From: Armatimonadota bacterium
GTDB lineage: Bacteria > Armatimonadota > Hebobacteria > CAIYQO01
Assembly: GCA_038248345.1 (NCBI GenBank)
Contig: JBBRXO010000002.1
Coordinates: 6,506 to 70,505, forward strand
Direction: 5' to 3'
DNA: 64,000 nt
This document shows positions 20,545 through 29,948 of the stretch, one piece after another; positions within the stretch are counted from its first letter, which is position 1; each line of letters starts with the position of its first letter. Below the pieces are notes generated by a model. The model worked only from the letters and a program-made list of their open reading frames with translations, was not told the DNA's origin and did no database searches. The position numbers were made by a program, and so were the translations under genes.

Positions 20545-22293
20545 GTGGATTTAATATTGACGGGGAATCAGGCTATTGCGCGTGCTGCACGCGATGCGGG
20601 GGTGGCGTTGGGGGTCGGGTATCCGGGCACGCCCTCTACTGAGGTTTTGGAGACGCTGGTGACACTGGAGGGTGGACACGCGCAGTGGGCACCCAATGAG
20701 AAGGTGGCGCTGGAGGTGGGCATCGGGGTATCCTTCGGCGGGGCGCGCGCGCTGGTGACGATGAAGCATGTGGGCGTGAATGTCGCCGCGGACCCGCTTT
20801 TCACCGCTGCCTACACGGGCGTTGCCGGTGGACTGGTGGTGATGGCCGCCGATGACCCCGGCATGCACTCCTCGCAGAATGAGCAGGACAGCCGCCACTT
20901 CGCCCGCGCGGCCAAGCTGCCGATGCTGGAGCCGTCGGACTCGCAGGAGGCCTACGATTTCACCCGCCTGGCTTTCCAGCTCTCCGAAGAGTACGACACC
21001 CCGATAATGCTGCGCACCACCACACGCCTCTCGCACGGCAAAAGCACCGTCCACGAGGCACCCGCGGAGACTGACCTGCCGGCACCGGTAGCGCCGCAGA
21101 ACCCGCAGAAATACGTGATGGTCCCCGGCTTTGCCCGCGCCCGCCACCTGGTGGTGGAAGACCGGCAGGTGCGTATCCAGGAATGGGCGGAGAGCGCGGA
21201 TATCACCAAAACCGAATACCGCGATAAAAAGATCGGCATCATCACCAGCGGCGTCACCTACCAGTACGTGCGCGATGTCGCCCCGGAGGCGAGTACGCTG
21301 AAGCTGGGCATGGTGAACCCGCTGCCGATGGCGGCAATTATCGCTTTTGCCAAAGAGATTGAAACCTTATATGTAGTAGAGGAGCTGGACCCGATTATTG
21401 AAGAACAGGTACGCGCTGCCGGTATCACTGTCATCGGCAAGGCGAACTTCCCCATCTTCGGCGAGCTGCTCCCCGGCATTATTGCCAAAGGCTTGGGGCT
21501 AGAAGTGAAACCCTCTGCTACTGCCACCTCTGGTCTGCCCACGCGCCCGCCCAGCCTCTGCCCCGGCTGCCCGCATCGTGGCGTTTTCCTGCTGTTAAAG
21601 AAAAACGGGCTGACGGTGAGTGGTGACATCGGTTGCTATACGCTGGGCGTCTTCGCCCCTCTCAATGCCATGGACACCTGCGTCTGCATGGGCGCATCGG
21701 TCGGCGTGGCGCATGGGCTGGAGCGCGCGGGGCTGGATCCCGCGAAAATCGTTGGCGTCATCGGCGATAGCACTTTCCTGCATAGCGGCATCACCGGCGT
21801 GCTGGATATGGTGTACAACGGCTCCCACGGCACTATCATGATCCTGGACAATAGCATCACCGCCATGACGGGGCGGCAGCAGCATCCAGGCACCGGCAAG
21901 ACCCTCGACGGCATGCCCGCCCCCTCTGTTGACCTGGAAGGCCTACTGAAATCCCTCGGTGTACAGGATGTGACAGTGCTCGACCCCTACGATTTAGCCA
22001 ACACCGAGGCAGAGCTTAAGCGCGCGCTGGCCTATCCCGGTGTCTCGGTAATCATCGCCCGTCGTCCGTGTATGCTCATCCCGCATGAGATTCGGCCCAA
22101 GCTCACGGTAGACGCCGACCTCTGCAAGCGCTGCGGCAAGTGCCTACGCCTGGGGTGCCCGGCCACCGGCAAAATAGCCGAGGAGTACAACGGCAAAACC
22201 CGCTACCTGCCGGTAATTGACGCGCAACTCTGCAACGGTTGCGGCGTCTGTGCGCAACTGTGCGCCTTTGGGGCGTTGAAGGTAAAGGAATAA
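20545..22293 (+). CDS. iorA: Indolepyruvate:ferredoxin oxidoreductase alpha subunit (TPP-binding; C-terminal 2x[4Fe-4S] motifs)
   Basis: MDLILTGNQAIARAARDAGV... and CKRCGKC/CNGCGVC ferredoxin motifs; GTG start; TTGACG-N17-CATAAT promoter candidate at about 20497..20527. Confidence 0.8.
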   Translation: MDLILTGNQAIARAARDAGVALGVGYPGTPSTEVLETLVTLEGGHAQWAPNEKVALEVGIGVSFGGARALVTMKHVGVNVAADPLFTAAYTGVAGGLVVMAADDPGMHSSQNEQDSRHFARAAKLPMLEPSDSQEAYDFTRLAFQLSEEYDTPIMLRTTTRLSHGKSTVHEAPAETDLPAPVAPQNPQKYVMVPGFARARHLVVEDRQVRIQEWAESADITKTEYRDKKIGIITSGVTYQYVRDVAPEASTLKLGMVNPLPMAAIIAFAKEIETLYVVEELDPIIEEQVRAAGITVIGKANFPIFGELLPGIIAKGLGLEVKPSATATSGLPTRPPSLCPGCPHRGVFLLLKKNGLTVSGDIGCYTLGVFAPLNAMDTCVCMGASVGVAHGLERAGLDPAKIVGVIGDSTFLHSGITGVLDMVYNGSHGTIMILDNSITAMTGRQQHPGTGKTLDGMPAPSVDLEGLLKSLGVQDVTVLDPYDLANTEAELKRALAYPGVSVIIARRPCMLIPHEIRPKLTVDADLCKRCGKCLRLGCPATGKIAEEYNGKTRYLPVIDAQLCNGCGVCAQLCAFGALKVKE

Positions 22294-22296
22294 ATC

Positions 22297-22887
22297 ATGC
22301 CATTAACAACGAACATCTTGATAGTAGGCGTAGGCGGGCAGGGGATTGTGCTGGCCGGGGATGTCATCGGGCTGGCGGCGCGGCTGAGTGGGTTGGAGGC
22401 GAAAGCTTCCGAGATTCACGGTATGTCGCAACGCGGCGGGTCGGTGGTCTCCGAGGTGCGCTATGGGATACATGTCTCCTCGCCGCTGATTCCCCCGCCC
22501 GGCGCCAACTTTGTGCTGGCTTTCGAGATGCTGGAGGCGCTGCGCGGGCTGGAGCGGATGCGCCCCGGCGGGCTGGTTATCGCCAACCGGCAGCGCATCA
22601 CCCCGGCGTCGGTCACCTACGGCAGCGCCGTCTACCCGGAGGACGCCGAGGAGCAACTGCTGGCCGCCTGCCCCAAAGCGGTGATCATCGACGCACTGGC
22701 GGAGGCGCAAGCCGCGGGCAACGCGCGCGCCGTAAATAGCGTACTGCTGGGGATGCTGGCGCACCACACGGCACTACCGCGCCAGAACTGGGAAACAGCG
22801 CTGGCGCAGACCGTGAAGCCACAGTATGTAGAGGTAAACCTCGCCGCTTTCGCGCGCGGGTATGAGCGGGCGGAGCGTAATGTATAG
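22297..22887 (+). CDS. iorB: Indolepyruvate oxidoreductase beta subunit
   Basis: MPLTTNILIVGVGGQGIVLAG... about 196 aa, directly after iorA. Confidence 0.75.
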   Translation: MPLTTNILIVGVGGQGIVLAGDVIGLAARLSGLEAKASEIHGMSQRGGSVVSEVRYGIHVSSPLIPPPGANFVLAFEMLEALRGLERMRPGGLVIANRQRITPASVTYGSAVYPEDAEEQLLAACPKAVIIDALAEAQAAGNARAVNSVLLGMLAHHTALPRQNWETALAQTVKPQYVEVNLAAFARGYERAERNV

Positions 22888-23022
22888 TGCATAACAGACC
22901 CAACTACCGCTATGCGGTAGTTGGGTTCACTGCACATAGCGATGATTTTTTGCCATTTCCTCCACAAACTTTTAAATACCGTGATATAATATTGCATTAG
23001 TATCCTACCCGGGAGGTCTATC

Positions 23023-23799
23023 ATGCGATACAAGATATCCATGCCACGCGGCTTCGGCGTTGTAGAGGCGATTATTGTCGTTGCTGCGTTGGTGATAGTA
23101 GCCGTTATCCTGTTCCCGGTATTAACGCCAAGCAATCAAAAAAATACCACGGCACTTCACTGCACGAATAACCAACGCCAGATCGCCCTTGCATGGTCGG
23201 AGTATGTCCAACGACATGATGAAACCTTCCCTGATGCCAGTATTGCCTGGACCCTATTTAAAAAAGAAAATGCACCAGTTTATAGATGCCCAGATCATAG
23301 TGCTGCAGTGAATGGATACGTGTTCAATGCGAGACTCAGCTAAAGAAAGCTGAGCGATCTTAGCTATCCCCTCTCAACCACTTGTTTCTTAACTGCTGAC
23401 GGAAAAAGCAGTGAAATTTCTGGGACATACGCCAATGTAGCCTATGATCAAACGAATATTGATATGAAGCGGCACAAACCTTATTTTTGTAGTAGCTTCT
23501 TAGATGGTCATGTAGAATATTTGAAGGGGAAGGATATCACCACCTGGCTCTCAGCAAAGAGCCAGCAATACACGTCGCAGACTTGCCCAGCCGGGGTGGC
23601 ACAGCCGGTTACCACCACCTTCGCATCGGCAACCTGGGCTGTGACCAGTGGCGTGGTGGATGACGTGAGCGGGCTGCCGAAGGCGGATATGCTGGGTGGG
23701 GACGTGACCTTTAGCAAGGCGGGTAGCTATACCATTACCGCCACCGGGTCGGCGGTGGTTGCGCCACCTACTACGGTTTATGAGTTCAGGGTGAAGTAA
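23023..23799 (+). pseudogene. DUF1559 / H-X9-DG family protein with a prepilin-type N-terminal helix (RGFGVVEAIIVV...), interrupted by a single in-frame TAA at 23341..23343 (track ORFs 23023..23343 and 23464..23799 are in the same frame)
   Basis: My own in-frame translation across the gap: ...VFNARLS*RKLSDLSYPLSTTCFLTADGKSS...YFCSSFLDGHVEYL matches the DUF1559 C-terminal H-X9-DG-like FxDGHV motif; perfect TATAAT -10 plus GGGAGG RBS upstream. Confidence 0.5.
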
Positions 23800-23844
23800 G
23801 AAGTCCCCGTAGCATGGGCGTCCCACCCATGAGAACGGGGATTA

Positions 23845-23990
23845 ACACCACGCGCTAAAGCACGTGGCTATAAGATCATGCATCCTGAAGGGCGCTGGAC
23901 ATTCGATTCCGAAAAGTCCGCGAAGGCGAACGAACGGCGCGTAGCGCCCTGCAGCCGGGATTTCAATCCCAGCGGAAAGAGGTTTTGCAT
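23845..23990 (-). repeat. Modular hairpin repeat family 2, copy a (reverse orientation)
   Basis: Reverse complement aligns to 31940..32070 (gggattgaaatcccgg, gtccgccttcgcggac modules). Confidence 0.6.
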
Positions 23991-24203
23991 TTACCTCAAA
24001 TGTGGTATGGCAGGAATATCGTTTTTAGCGATAATCCGTCCTCCCTGGCCTGACCATGAACGACCAGGCGAACAGGAGGGACGCTAAAAAATCTATACTT
24101 GGGGGAGGTATGGACAGTATCTCATATTGCTGATATTCTATCCTTATTATGTGGACGAGATATCTCTATATAATGTTATTGTTATATTTCTCTATGGGGT
24201 GAA

Positions 24204-24325
24204 AATCTGATGTCGCAGAAACCCTTAGCCCAGCCGTTCACGAATATGCGCCAGGCTATCGTATTGAACACTCGAAAACCAGCCTTGAAACTTGGGACTT
24301 AAAACTGTCTTGCAGGAGAAAAGCC
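24204..24325 (+). promoter_or_regulatory. Conserved upstream leader element (aatctgatgtcgcRgaaWccctt ... ttgaacact.aaaacc ... CTTGRAA heptamer array) immediately 5' of paaK
   Basis: Aligns with 31362..31515 and the minus strand of 33877..34010. Confidence 0.5.
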
Positions 24326-25645
24326 ATGTCAAACACCGGCCATAGTTCAACCATTTACAACCCTCTATATGAATGCATGGAACGCGAGGAGATGCGGGCG
24401 CTGCAACTGCGCCGCATGAAGGACGTGGTCTCGCGCGTCTACAATCATATCCCGGCCTACCGCCAGAAATGCGAGGAGCTGGGCGTCACTCCGATGCACA
24501 TGCAGACGCTGGCCGATATCGCTCACTTTCCCTTCACCATCAAGACAGACTTCCGCGATAATTACCCCTACGGCATGTTCAGTGTGCCCATTGAGGAAGT
24601 AATCCGCATTCACATGTCCAGTGGCACCACCGGCAAACCCACAGTGGTAGGCTATACCAGGAACGACATCGACCTGTGGTCACAGGTGATCGCGCGTTCC
24701 CTCGGATGCGCAGGCGTCACCCGCAAAGACATCGTGCAAGTATGCTACGGCTACGGGCTTTTTACCGGTGGCCTGGGCATACATTACGGGGCGGAGTTGT
24801 ACGGCGCCACCGTTATCCCGGTTTCGGGTGGTAACACTGCCCGCCAGGTGATGTTGATGGAGGATTTCGCCTCCACCGTCATCGCCTCCACTCCCAGCTA
24901 TGCGCTGTATCTGGCCGAGGTCGCCGCCGAAGCGGGGGTACTCGACAAGCTGAAACTACGCATCGGCATCTTCGGCGCCGAGCCGTGGTCAGAGGGGATG
25001 CGCCGGGAGCTGGAGAGCAAACTGAAGCTGAAGGCGCTGGATATTTACGGCATGTGCGAGCTGATAGGCCCGGGAGTGAGCAATGAATGCGAACACCAGC
25101 AGGGACTGCACATCTTCGAGGATCACTTCTACCCGGAGATCATCAACCCGGATACCGGTGAAGTACTCCCCGAAGGGAGCATCGGTGAGCTGGTGGTGAC
25201 CACCATGACCAAAGAGGCGGTGCCCATCATCCGCTACCGCACGCGCGATATCACCTCGCTCAACTACGAGAAATGCTCCTGTGGCCGCACCATGGTGCGT
25301 ATGGATCGCGTCACCGGGCGCAGCGATGATATGCTCATCATTCGCGGCGTCAACGTCTTCCCGTCGCAGATTGAGGATGTCTTAACAACCATCGAAGGAA
25401 CCGCACCGCACTACCAGCTACATGTGCGTCGCGAAGGCAACCTGGATGAGATGGAGCTATGGGTAGAGGTAACCGAGGCGGTGCTCAACGACGAAATCCG
25501 CTCGCTGGAAACCCTCAGCCGTCGTATCGGCAACGCGCTACAAAGCGTCCTCAACGTCTCCTGCCGCATAAAACTGGTAGAGCCAAAGTCAATCCAGCGC
25601 AGCGAAGGCAAAGCGAAACACGTTATTGACCATCGCGTGCTGTAA
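24326..25645 (+). CDS. paaK: Phenylacetate-CoA ligase family (aryl-acetate CoA ligase)
   Basis: N-terminal [22 protein letters not shown] and [16 protein letters not shown]-binding motif typical of PaaK. Confidence 0.75.
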   Translation: MSNTGHSSTIYNPLYECMEREEMRALQLRRMKDVVSRVYNHIPAYRQKCEELGVTPMHMQTLADIAHFPFTIKTDFRDNYPYGMFSVPIEEVIRIHMSSGTTGKPTVVGYTRNDIDLWSQVIARSLGCAGVTRKDIVQVCYGYGLFTGGLGIHYGAELYGATVIPVSGGNTARQVMLMEDFASTVIASTPSYALYLAEVAAEAGVLDKLKLRIGIFGAEPWSEGMRRELESKLKLKALDIYGMCELIGPGVSNECEHQQGLHIFEDHFYPEIINPDTGEVLPEGSIGELVVTTMTKEAVPIIRYRTRDITSLNYEKCSCGRTMVRMDRVTGRSDDMLIIRGVNVFPSQIEDVLTTIEGTAPHYQLHVRREGNLDEMELWVEVTEAVLNDEIRSLETLSRRIGNALQSVLNVSCRIKLVEPKSIQRSEGKAKHVIDHRVL

Positions 25646-25743
25646 ATCATGTTTGAAGGTTCGGAGACATGACCACTTGAAATATACGGTAACAACCAGG
25701 GTAACAGCCATCGATAACCACCTCGTATGCGGGGTGGCATAAA

Positions 25744-26328
25744 GTGAGTCAGTTACTCTTCCCTTGCGCAGTTATCATCTTTTTTGGCATCACCTTTTTT
25801 CTGCGTTGGCGTCGAAAACAAATAGAAGATGCTATGCGACGGGAAGATTATGCCAAATGCCAGCGTATTCTGGCGCGTGATCCACGCAACGCAGCGGCCT
25901 ACGCTATGCTGGGGGAGTTACTGGAACGGGACGGCAAACCTGCAGAGGCGTTGAAGGCCTACGAGGCGTCGTTGGCTAACGACCCCAAACAAATAAATAT
26001 GAATTACCGTGTGGAGTGCCTGCAGGATGAGCAGGCATTGCGGGAAAGTGGGCAAATACGGTGCCCGCTTTGCCGCACCATTCAGGTAAAAAGCCCCGGC
26101 AGATGCTGGCAATGCGGCACTGTGTTGCACATGCGCGGTGCCGTGCTGCAAAGCTTGGGGTATCGCGGTATTATTATATTCGCTCTGCTGCTTATTTGCC
26201 TGGTTTCAGCATACGTTTTTGCTGCTCTGCATAAACCTGATCTGGCTTATGGAGCAATAGGCGGCTTTCTCTTCTGCATATTGGGGTTGATCATCAACCA
26301 TAGATTTGGACGACGTAAAAACAATTAG
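25744..26328 (+). CDS. Membrane protein with TPR-like segment and CxxC...CxxC zinc ribbon, two C-terminal TM helices; function unknown
   Basis: Translation features only. Confidence 0.3.
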   Translation: MSQLLFPCAVIIFFGITFFLRWRRKQIEDAMRREDYAKCQRILARDPRNAAAYAMLGELLERDGKPAEALKAYEASLANDPKQINMNYRVECLQDEQALRESGQIRCPLCRTIQVKSPGRCWQCGTVLHMRGAVLQSLGYRGIIIFALLLICLVSAYVFAALHKPDLAYGAIGGFLFCILGLIINHRFGRRKNN

Positions 26329-26338
26329 GAGGCTAGTT

Positions 26339-27004
26339 ATGCGCTACTTGTATATACTTTTGCTTTTCACCTGTGGAATAATCGTCGATGCTATACCCAC
26401 CCAACTTGGCCCCACCGGCGCGGTAACCCTGCCGGGGGCAGAGTGTCTCACCGGCTTTGTGACGGCGGCAGATATCATCGATAATACTAACCAACGCGGG
26501 CGTTTATTGCGCGTCAATTATGGCACAGGTGATGCCGAGGTCGGCCTGCTCTATGGCGCAGATGACGGCAGCACTAGCGGTGTGAATGGCAAACTACGCC
26601 TCACCCCGCACAACGCCGAATTCCCGGCTGCCGTTGGGATTGCCTACCGTGAATACCCCTATTTCAATGAACGCGTCATCTATGCGGCGGTCGAGCATCA
26701 GTTCATCTCCGATGTCAAAGCCACCGTCGGCGTCCAACACGCCCAGATTCATGCCATAACTGGAAATGTCACCGGAACCCGCGGCTACCTCGCCGTGACC
26801 GTGCGAATGCCACGTAACGAAGAAGTCTGCGGAGAAATCCAGACCTTTGGCGATTCACTCTATGAAAGTAGGGCCATCGCCTCAGTGCGCTACACCAAAC
26901 ATTATCGCCTTTATGACTATTCCATCGGCACCACCAACGCCAACGGAATCCTCGGTGGCGACCGCCAGAACCTCTTCGCCGGGATGAGCGTGGCGTGGCG
27001 CTAG
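26339..27004 (+). CDS. Secreted hypothetical protein (signal peptide; beta-rich, possibly a small outer-membrane barrel)
   Basis: MRYLYILLLFTCGIIVDA signal peptide; alternating hydrophobic pattern; weak. Confidence 0.3.
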   Translation: MRYLYILLLFTCGIIVDAIPTQLGPTGAVTLPGAECLTGFVTAADIIDNTNQRGRLLRVNYGTGDAEVGLLYGADDGSTSGVNGKLRLTPHNAEFPAAVGIAYREYPYFNERVIYAAVEHQFISDVKATVGVQHAQIHAITGNVTGTRGYLAVTVRMPRNEEVCGEIQTFGDSLYESRAIASVRYTKHYRLYDYSIGTTNANGILGGDRQNLFAGMSVAWR

Positions 27005-27052
27005 CGCTTTTCTCTACTTGCCCTTTCCCTCCCCGCATGGGTACAATGAAAC

Positions 27053-28105
27053 ATGCTTATCGATGCCAATGGATTGTGTTTGCGGGAGCAGATTGAAGCG
27101 CGGGAGGATCTTATGCTGGCGCCGGAAGCTGCGCGCAGCATCTACTCGCGTGGGCGGCAACGCCCTGAGCTACCCTGTCCTTTTCGCACCGACTTCCAAC
27201 GTGACCGTGACCGGATATTGCATAGCAAATCATTTCGTCGCCTGGCGGGGAAGACGCAGGTCTTCGTCTCCCCGCGCAATGACCACGACCGCACCCGCCT
27301 GACACACAGCTTGGAGGTATGCCAGGTGGCGCGCACGGTAGCGCGGGTATTGCGACTGAACGAAGATTTAACCGAGGCAATAGCGCTGGGACATGATCTG
27401 GGACACAGCGCCTTCGGTCATGCGGGCGAGACGGCGTTGAATTTAATTTATCAGGAGTATGACCCGGACGCGCACTTCCACCATGCCGAGCAGAGCCTGC
27501 GCATGGTAGACCTGCTGGAGCGTGACGGGCGCGGGCTGAACCTTACCTGGGAAGTACGCAACGGCATTGCCCATCACAGCAAAGGTGAAAAAGACTGGCC
27601 ACAAAAGAGCAGCTGGCGTGCGGCAACACTAGAGGGGCAGCTGGTCGCACTGGCAGATCGTATCGCCTACAGCAGCCACGATATCGACGACGCCATGCGT
27701 GCCGGGCTGCTCACCCTCGATCAATTCCCCGCTTTCATCGTGAATAGCCTGGGCACCACCCACTCCGCCCGCCTCACCGCGATGATCGGCGATATCATCA
27801 ATGCCAGCCGTGACCTCTTCTTCATCCGCATGACGCCGGAGATGACGGAGATCACCAACGAATTGAAGAACTTCATGTATCTGAATCTCTACCTGTCCCG
27901 CAGCATGGCCCCCCGCGTGCGCCGTAGCGTGGATGAGACCATCACTGGCCTCTTCCGCCATTACATGGATCACCCCACCGAGGCAGACATCTCCCCCGAT
28001 AACGACACCAGAGCCCGTGCCCGCCTGGTCTGCGACTTTATCGCCGGGATGACCGATGACTATGCCCGCGACGCCTGGCGCGGGGTGAAAAGGAAAACAC
28101 GGTGA
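27053..28105 (+). CDS. dgt: dGTP triphosphohydrolase-like HD-domain phosphohydrolase
   Basis: FQRDRDRILHSKSFRRL, HDLGHSAFGH HD motifs. Confidence 0.75.
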   Translation: MLIDANGLCLREQIEAREDLMLAPEAARSIYSRGRQRPELPCPFRTDFQRDRDRILHSKSFRRLAGKTQVFVSPRNDHDRTRLTHSLEVCQVARTVARVLRLNEDLTEAIALGHDLGHSAFGHAGETALNLIYQEYDPDAHFHHAEQSLRMVDLLERDGRGLNLTWEVRNGIAHHSKGEKDWPQKSSWRAATLEGQLVALADRIAYSSHDIDDAMRAGLLTLDQFPAFIVNSLGTTHSARLTAMIGDIINASRDLFFIRMTPEMTEITNELKNFMYLNLYLSRSMAPRVRRSVDETITGLFRHYMDHPTEADISPDNDTRARARLVCDFIAGMTDDYARDAWRGVKRKTR

Positions 28106-28758
28106 GTTTACCAACAATAAAATCCCCTCTCATCCTCACCGGCGCTTATGGCAGCGGGAAGACGGAGTGTGCGCTGGCGCTCTCGATTACACTGGCGCGT
28201 GATGAAGCGGTGACATTGATCGATATGGATTTCGTCACCCCCTATTTCCGTGCGCAGGATCTGCGGGCTGAGTTGGGCGCGGAGGGCGTTACGGTAATTT
28301 CGTCGGATCTGCGCACCGCTGCCATTGATTCTCCCAGCATCCCCCCGGAGGCGGCGGAACATATCCTGCATCCGCGCGGGCACACGGTGATCGACCTGGG
28401 CGGTGACCCGACGGGCGCGGTGGTGCTGGGGCAATACGCGCCCTACCTGCACAACTATGATATGTGGGCGGTGGTGAACTTCAGCCGCCCCACCACCCCT
28501 ACCCCGGCCATAGCCTCAGTACTGCTGCAGGAGATTATGTCGCAAACCCGCATGAAAATCACCGGCATCGTCAGCAACACCCACCTTGGCCAATTCACCA
28601 CCGCTGAAGATGTGCTGGAAGGGCTGGCGGGTGCCCAAATTCTGGCCAAACTCCTCCACATACCGGTGAAACTATTATGCCTGCCACCGCATATTACGGT
28701 AGAAACTGACTTGCCCACACTACCTATTACACCGCGATTACTAAGGCCGTGGGAATAG
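28102..28758 (+). CDS. Small P-loop NTPase of unknown function (Walker A GAYGSGKTE, hhhhD Walker B LIDMD)
   Basis: 4-nt overlap with the dgt stop, so probably co-translated. Confidence 0.4.
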   Translation: MSLPTIKSPLILTGAYGSGKTECALALSITLARDEAVTLIDMDFVTPYFRAQDLRAELGAEGVTVISSDLRTAAIDSPSIPPEAAEHILHPRGHTVIDLGGDPTGAVVLGQYAPYLHNYDMWAVVNFSRPTTPTPAIASVLLQEIMSQTRMKITGIVSNTHLGQFTTAEDVLEGLAGAQILAKLLHIPVKLLCLPPHITVETDLPTLPITPRLLRPWE

Positions 28759-29068
28759 TCTTAACCCGGATTTTCTTGATTATTAGGATTTTCCTGATAA
28801 TTTACTGCTTGGGGGAGTATCTCATCGACCCAACGGTCCAGTTATCAGGTAAATCCTTAAAATCCTACAAATCTGGGTTCTGACAAAATCCTACCCACCA
28901 CTAGTGTCTCCCACGCCTAGCGCGCACATTAGTAGCGTATCAAAAGAATAAAATGGTTTGCAAAGCTTGACTCGTGCATCCGCTACGTGCTAAGCTAATA
29001 CTGGTTTGGGCGATTTAGAGATCGTCAAAACCATCGTGTTGAGGTATTTTTCTCAACACAATTAGGAG

Positions 29069-29827
29069 GTGCAAGTTTTGCATTTGGTAAAAAATAACAG
29101 TAAGCTCGCCGCGATTTACGGCGTTTTTGTAATATTGATGATGATCTTAAGTCCGTTTCTCACGGACATTGACACTACCGTTAAGCATGGTGGCGCACTG
29201 GCGATGATCTCCCAGGGATTCGCTGCTCCCATCGAACCATTACAGGCGGAAAACATAGCTCCCATAGCCGGGCCGCAAATGACGGCATCAGCAACCTCAA
29301 CTGTCACCGTCGCCCTTCCCTCTGTAGATACCGCTACTCCAGTAACTGTCGCCCCGCCGGCACCAGTTGCCGAGGTGATTCCTCCAGAGGCTAAAAAGAC
29401 CATCGTATCTGCTAGTGAGCTCTTTGCCGAACGTACCCGCATAATTCAGGAACGGGCAGCTAAAGACAGCGGTGAAGTACTGGTAGCCAGCGCCCGTGAA
29501 TTCACCGGCACACCCTATTCGTGGGGCGGCACTTCTTCACGCGGCATTGACTGCAGCGGTCTGGTAGTGCGCGCCATGCAAGCACAAGGGATCGAAGTCC
29601 CCCACCGCGCCGCCGAACTATACAACATGGGCACCTCCATCTCCCGCAGCGACCTTAAAGCCGGCGATCTGGTCTTCTTCGAGACCGGCGGCAACGGCGT
29701 CTCCCATGTCGGCATCTACATCAGCAACAACACCTTCATCCACGCCAGTTCCAAAGCAGGCGTGAAGGAATCGGAGTTAAGCGGCTACTACGCCGATCAT
29801 TACCTGGGAGCAAGAAGGCTGAATTAG
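29069..29827 (+). CDS. NlpC/P60 family cell-wall peptidase (secreted; Pro/Ala/Thr-rich linker)
   Basis: C-terminal GTPYSWGGTSSRGIDCSGLV...HVGIY...HAS catalytic Cys/His arrangement; GTG/TTG start preceded by a hairpin and an AGGAGG RBS. Confidence 0.7.
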   Translation: MQVLHLVKNNSKLAAIYGVFVILMMILSPFLTDIDTTVKHGGALAMISQGFAAPIEPLQAENIAPIAGPQMTASATSTVTVALPSVDTATPVTVAPPAPVAEVIPPEAKKTIVSASELFAERTRIIQERAAKDSGEVLVASAREFTGTPYSWGGTSSRGIDCSGLVVRAMQAQGIEVPHRAAELYNMGTSISRSDLKAGDLVFFETGGNGVSHVGIYISNNTFIHASSKAGVKESELSGYYADHYLGARRLN

Positions 29828-29856
29828 TTCCAAATTCCAAATTCCAAGTTCCAAGG
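29828..29856 (+). repeat. Tandem heptamer array (TTCCAAR x4) immediately after the NlpC/P60 stop
   Basis: ttccaaattccaaattccaagttccaagg read directly from the sequence. Confidence 0.7.
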
Positions 29857-29893
29857 GGCGGCGCGTATGCGCCGCCCTTTTTTTATTATTTGA
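29855..29893 (+). terminator. Rho-independent terminator (GGGGCGGCGCG-tat-GCGCCGCCC followed by T8)
   Basis: Perfect GC-rich hairpin followed by a T-run. Confidence 0.65.
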
Positions 29894-29905
29894 ATCAGCA
29901 CATGG

Positions 29906-29927
29906 CTTGGAACTTGGAACTTGGAAC
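29906..29927 (+). repeat. Inverted heptamer array (CTTGGAA x3) mirroring the 29828..29856 array, just upstream of radA
   Basis: cttggaacttggaacttggaacc is the reverse complement of the upstream array. Confidence 0.7.
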
Positions 29928-29948
29928 CAAATATGCTACCATACCTCC

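Noticed and set aside
27053-28758. The dgt-like plus P-loop pair as a confident anti-phage defence system
   Set aside because: The HD protein looks like the common housekeeping Dgt-like family. With no defence-island context or search result, only a low-interest note is justified.
29828-29927. Tandem heptamer/octamer arrays considered as a possible CRISPR array
   Set aside because: The units are 7-8 bp with no spacers, no repeat-spacer periodicity of 28-37 nt and no cas genes in the window.
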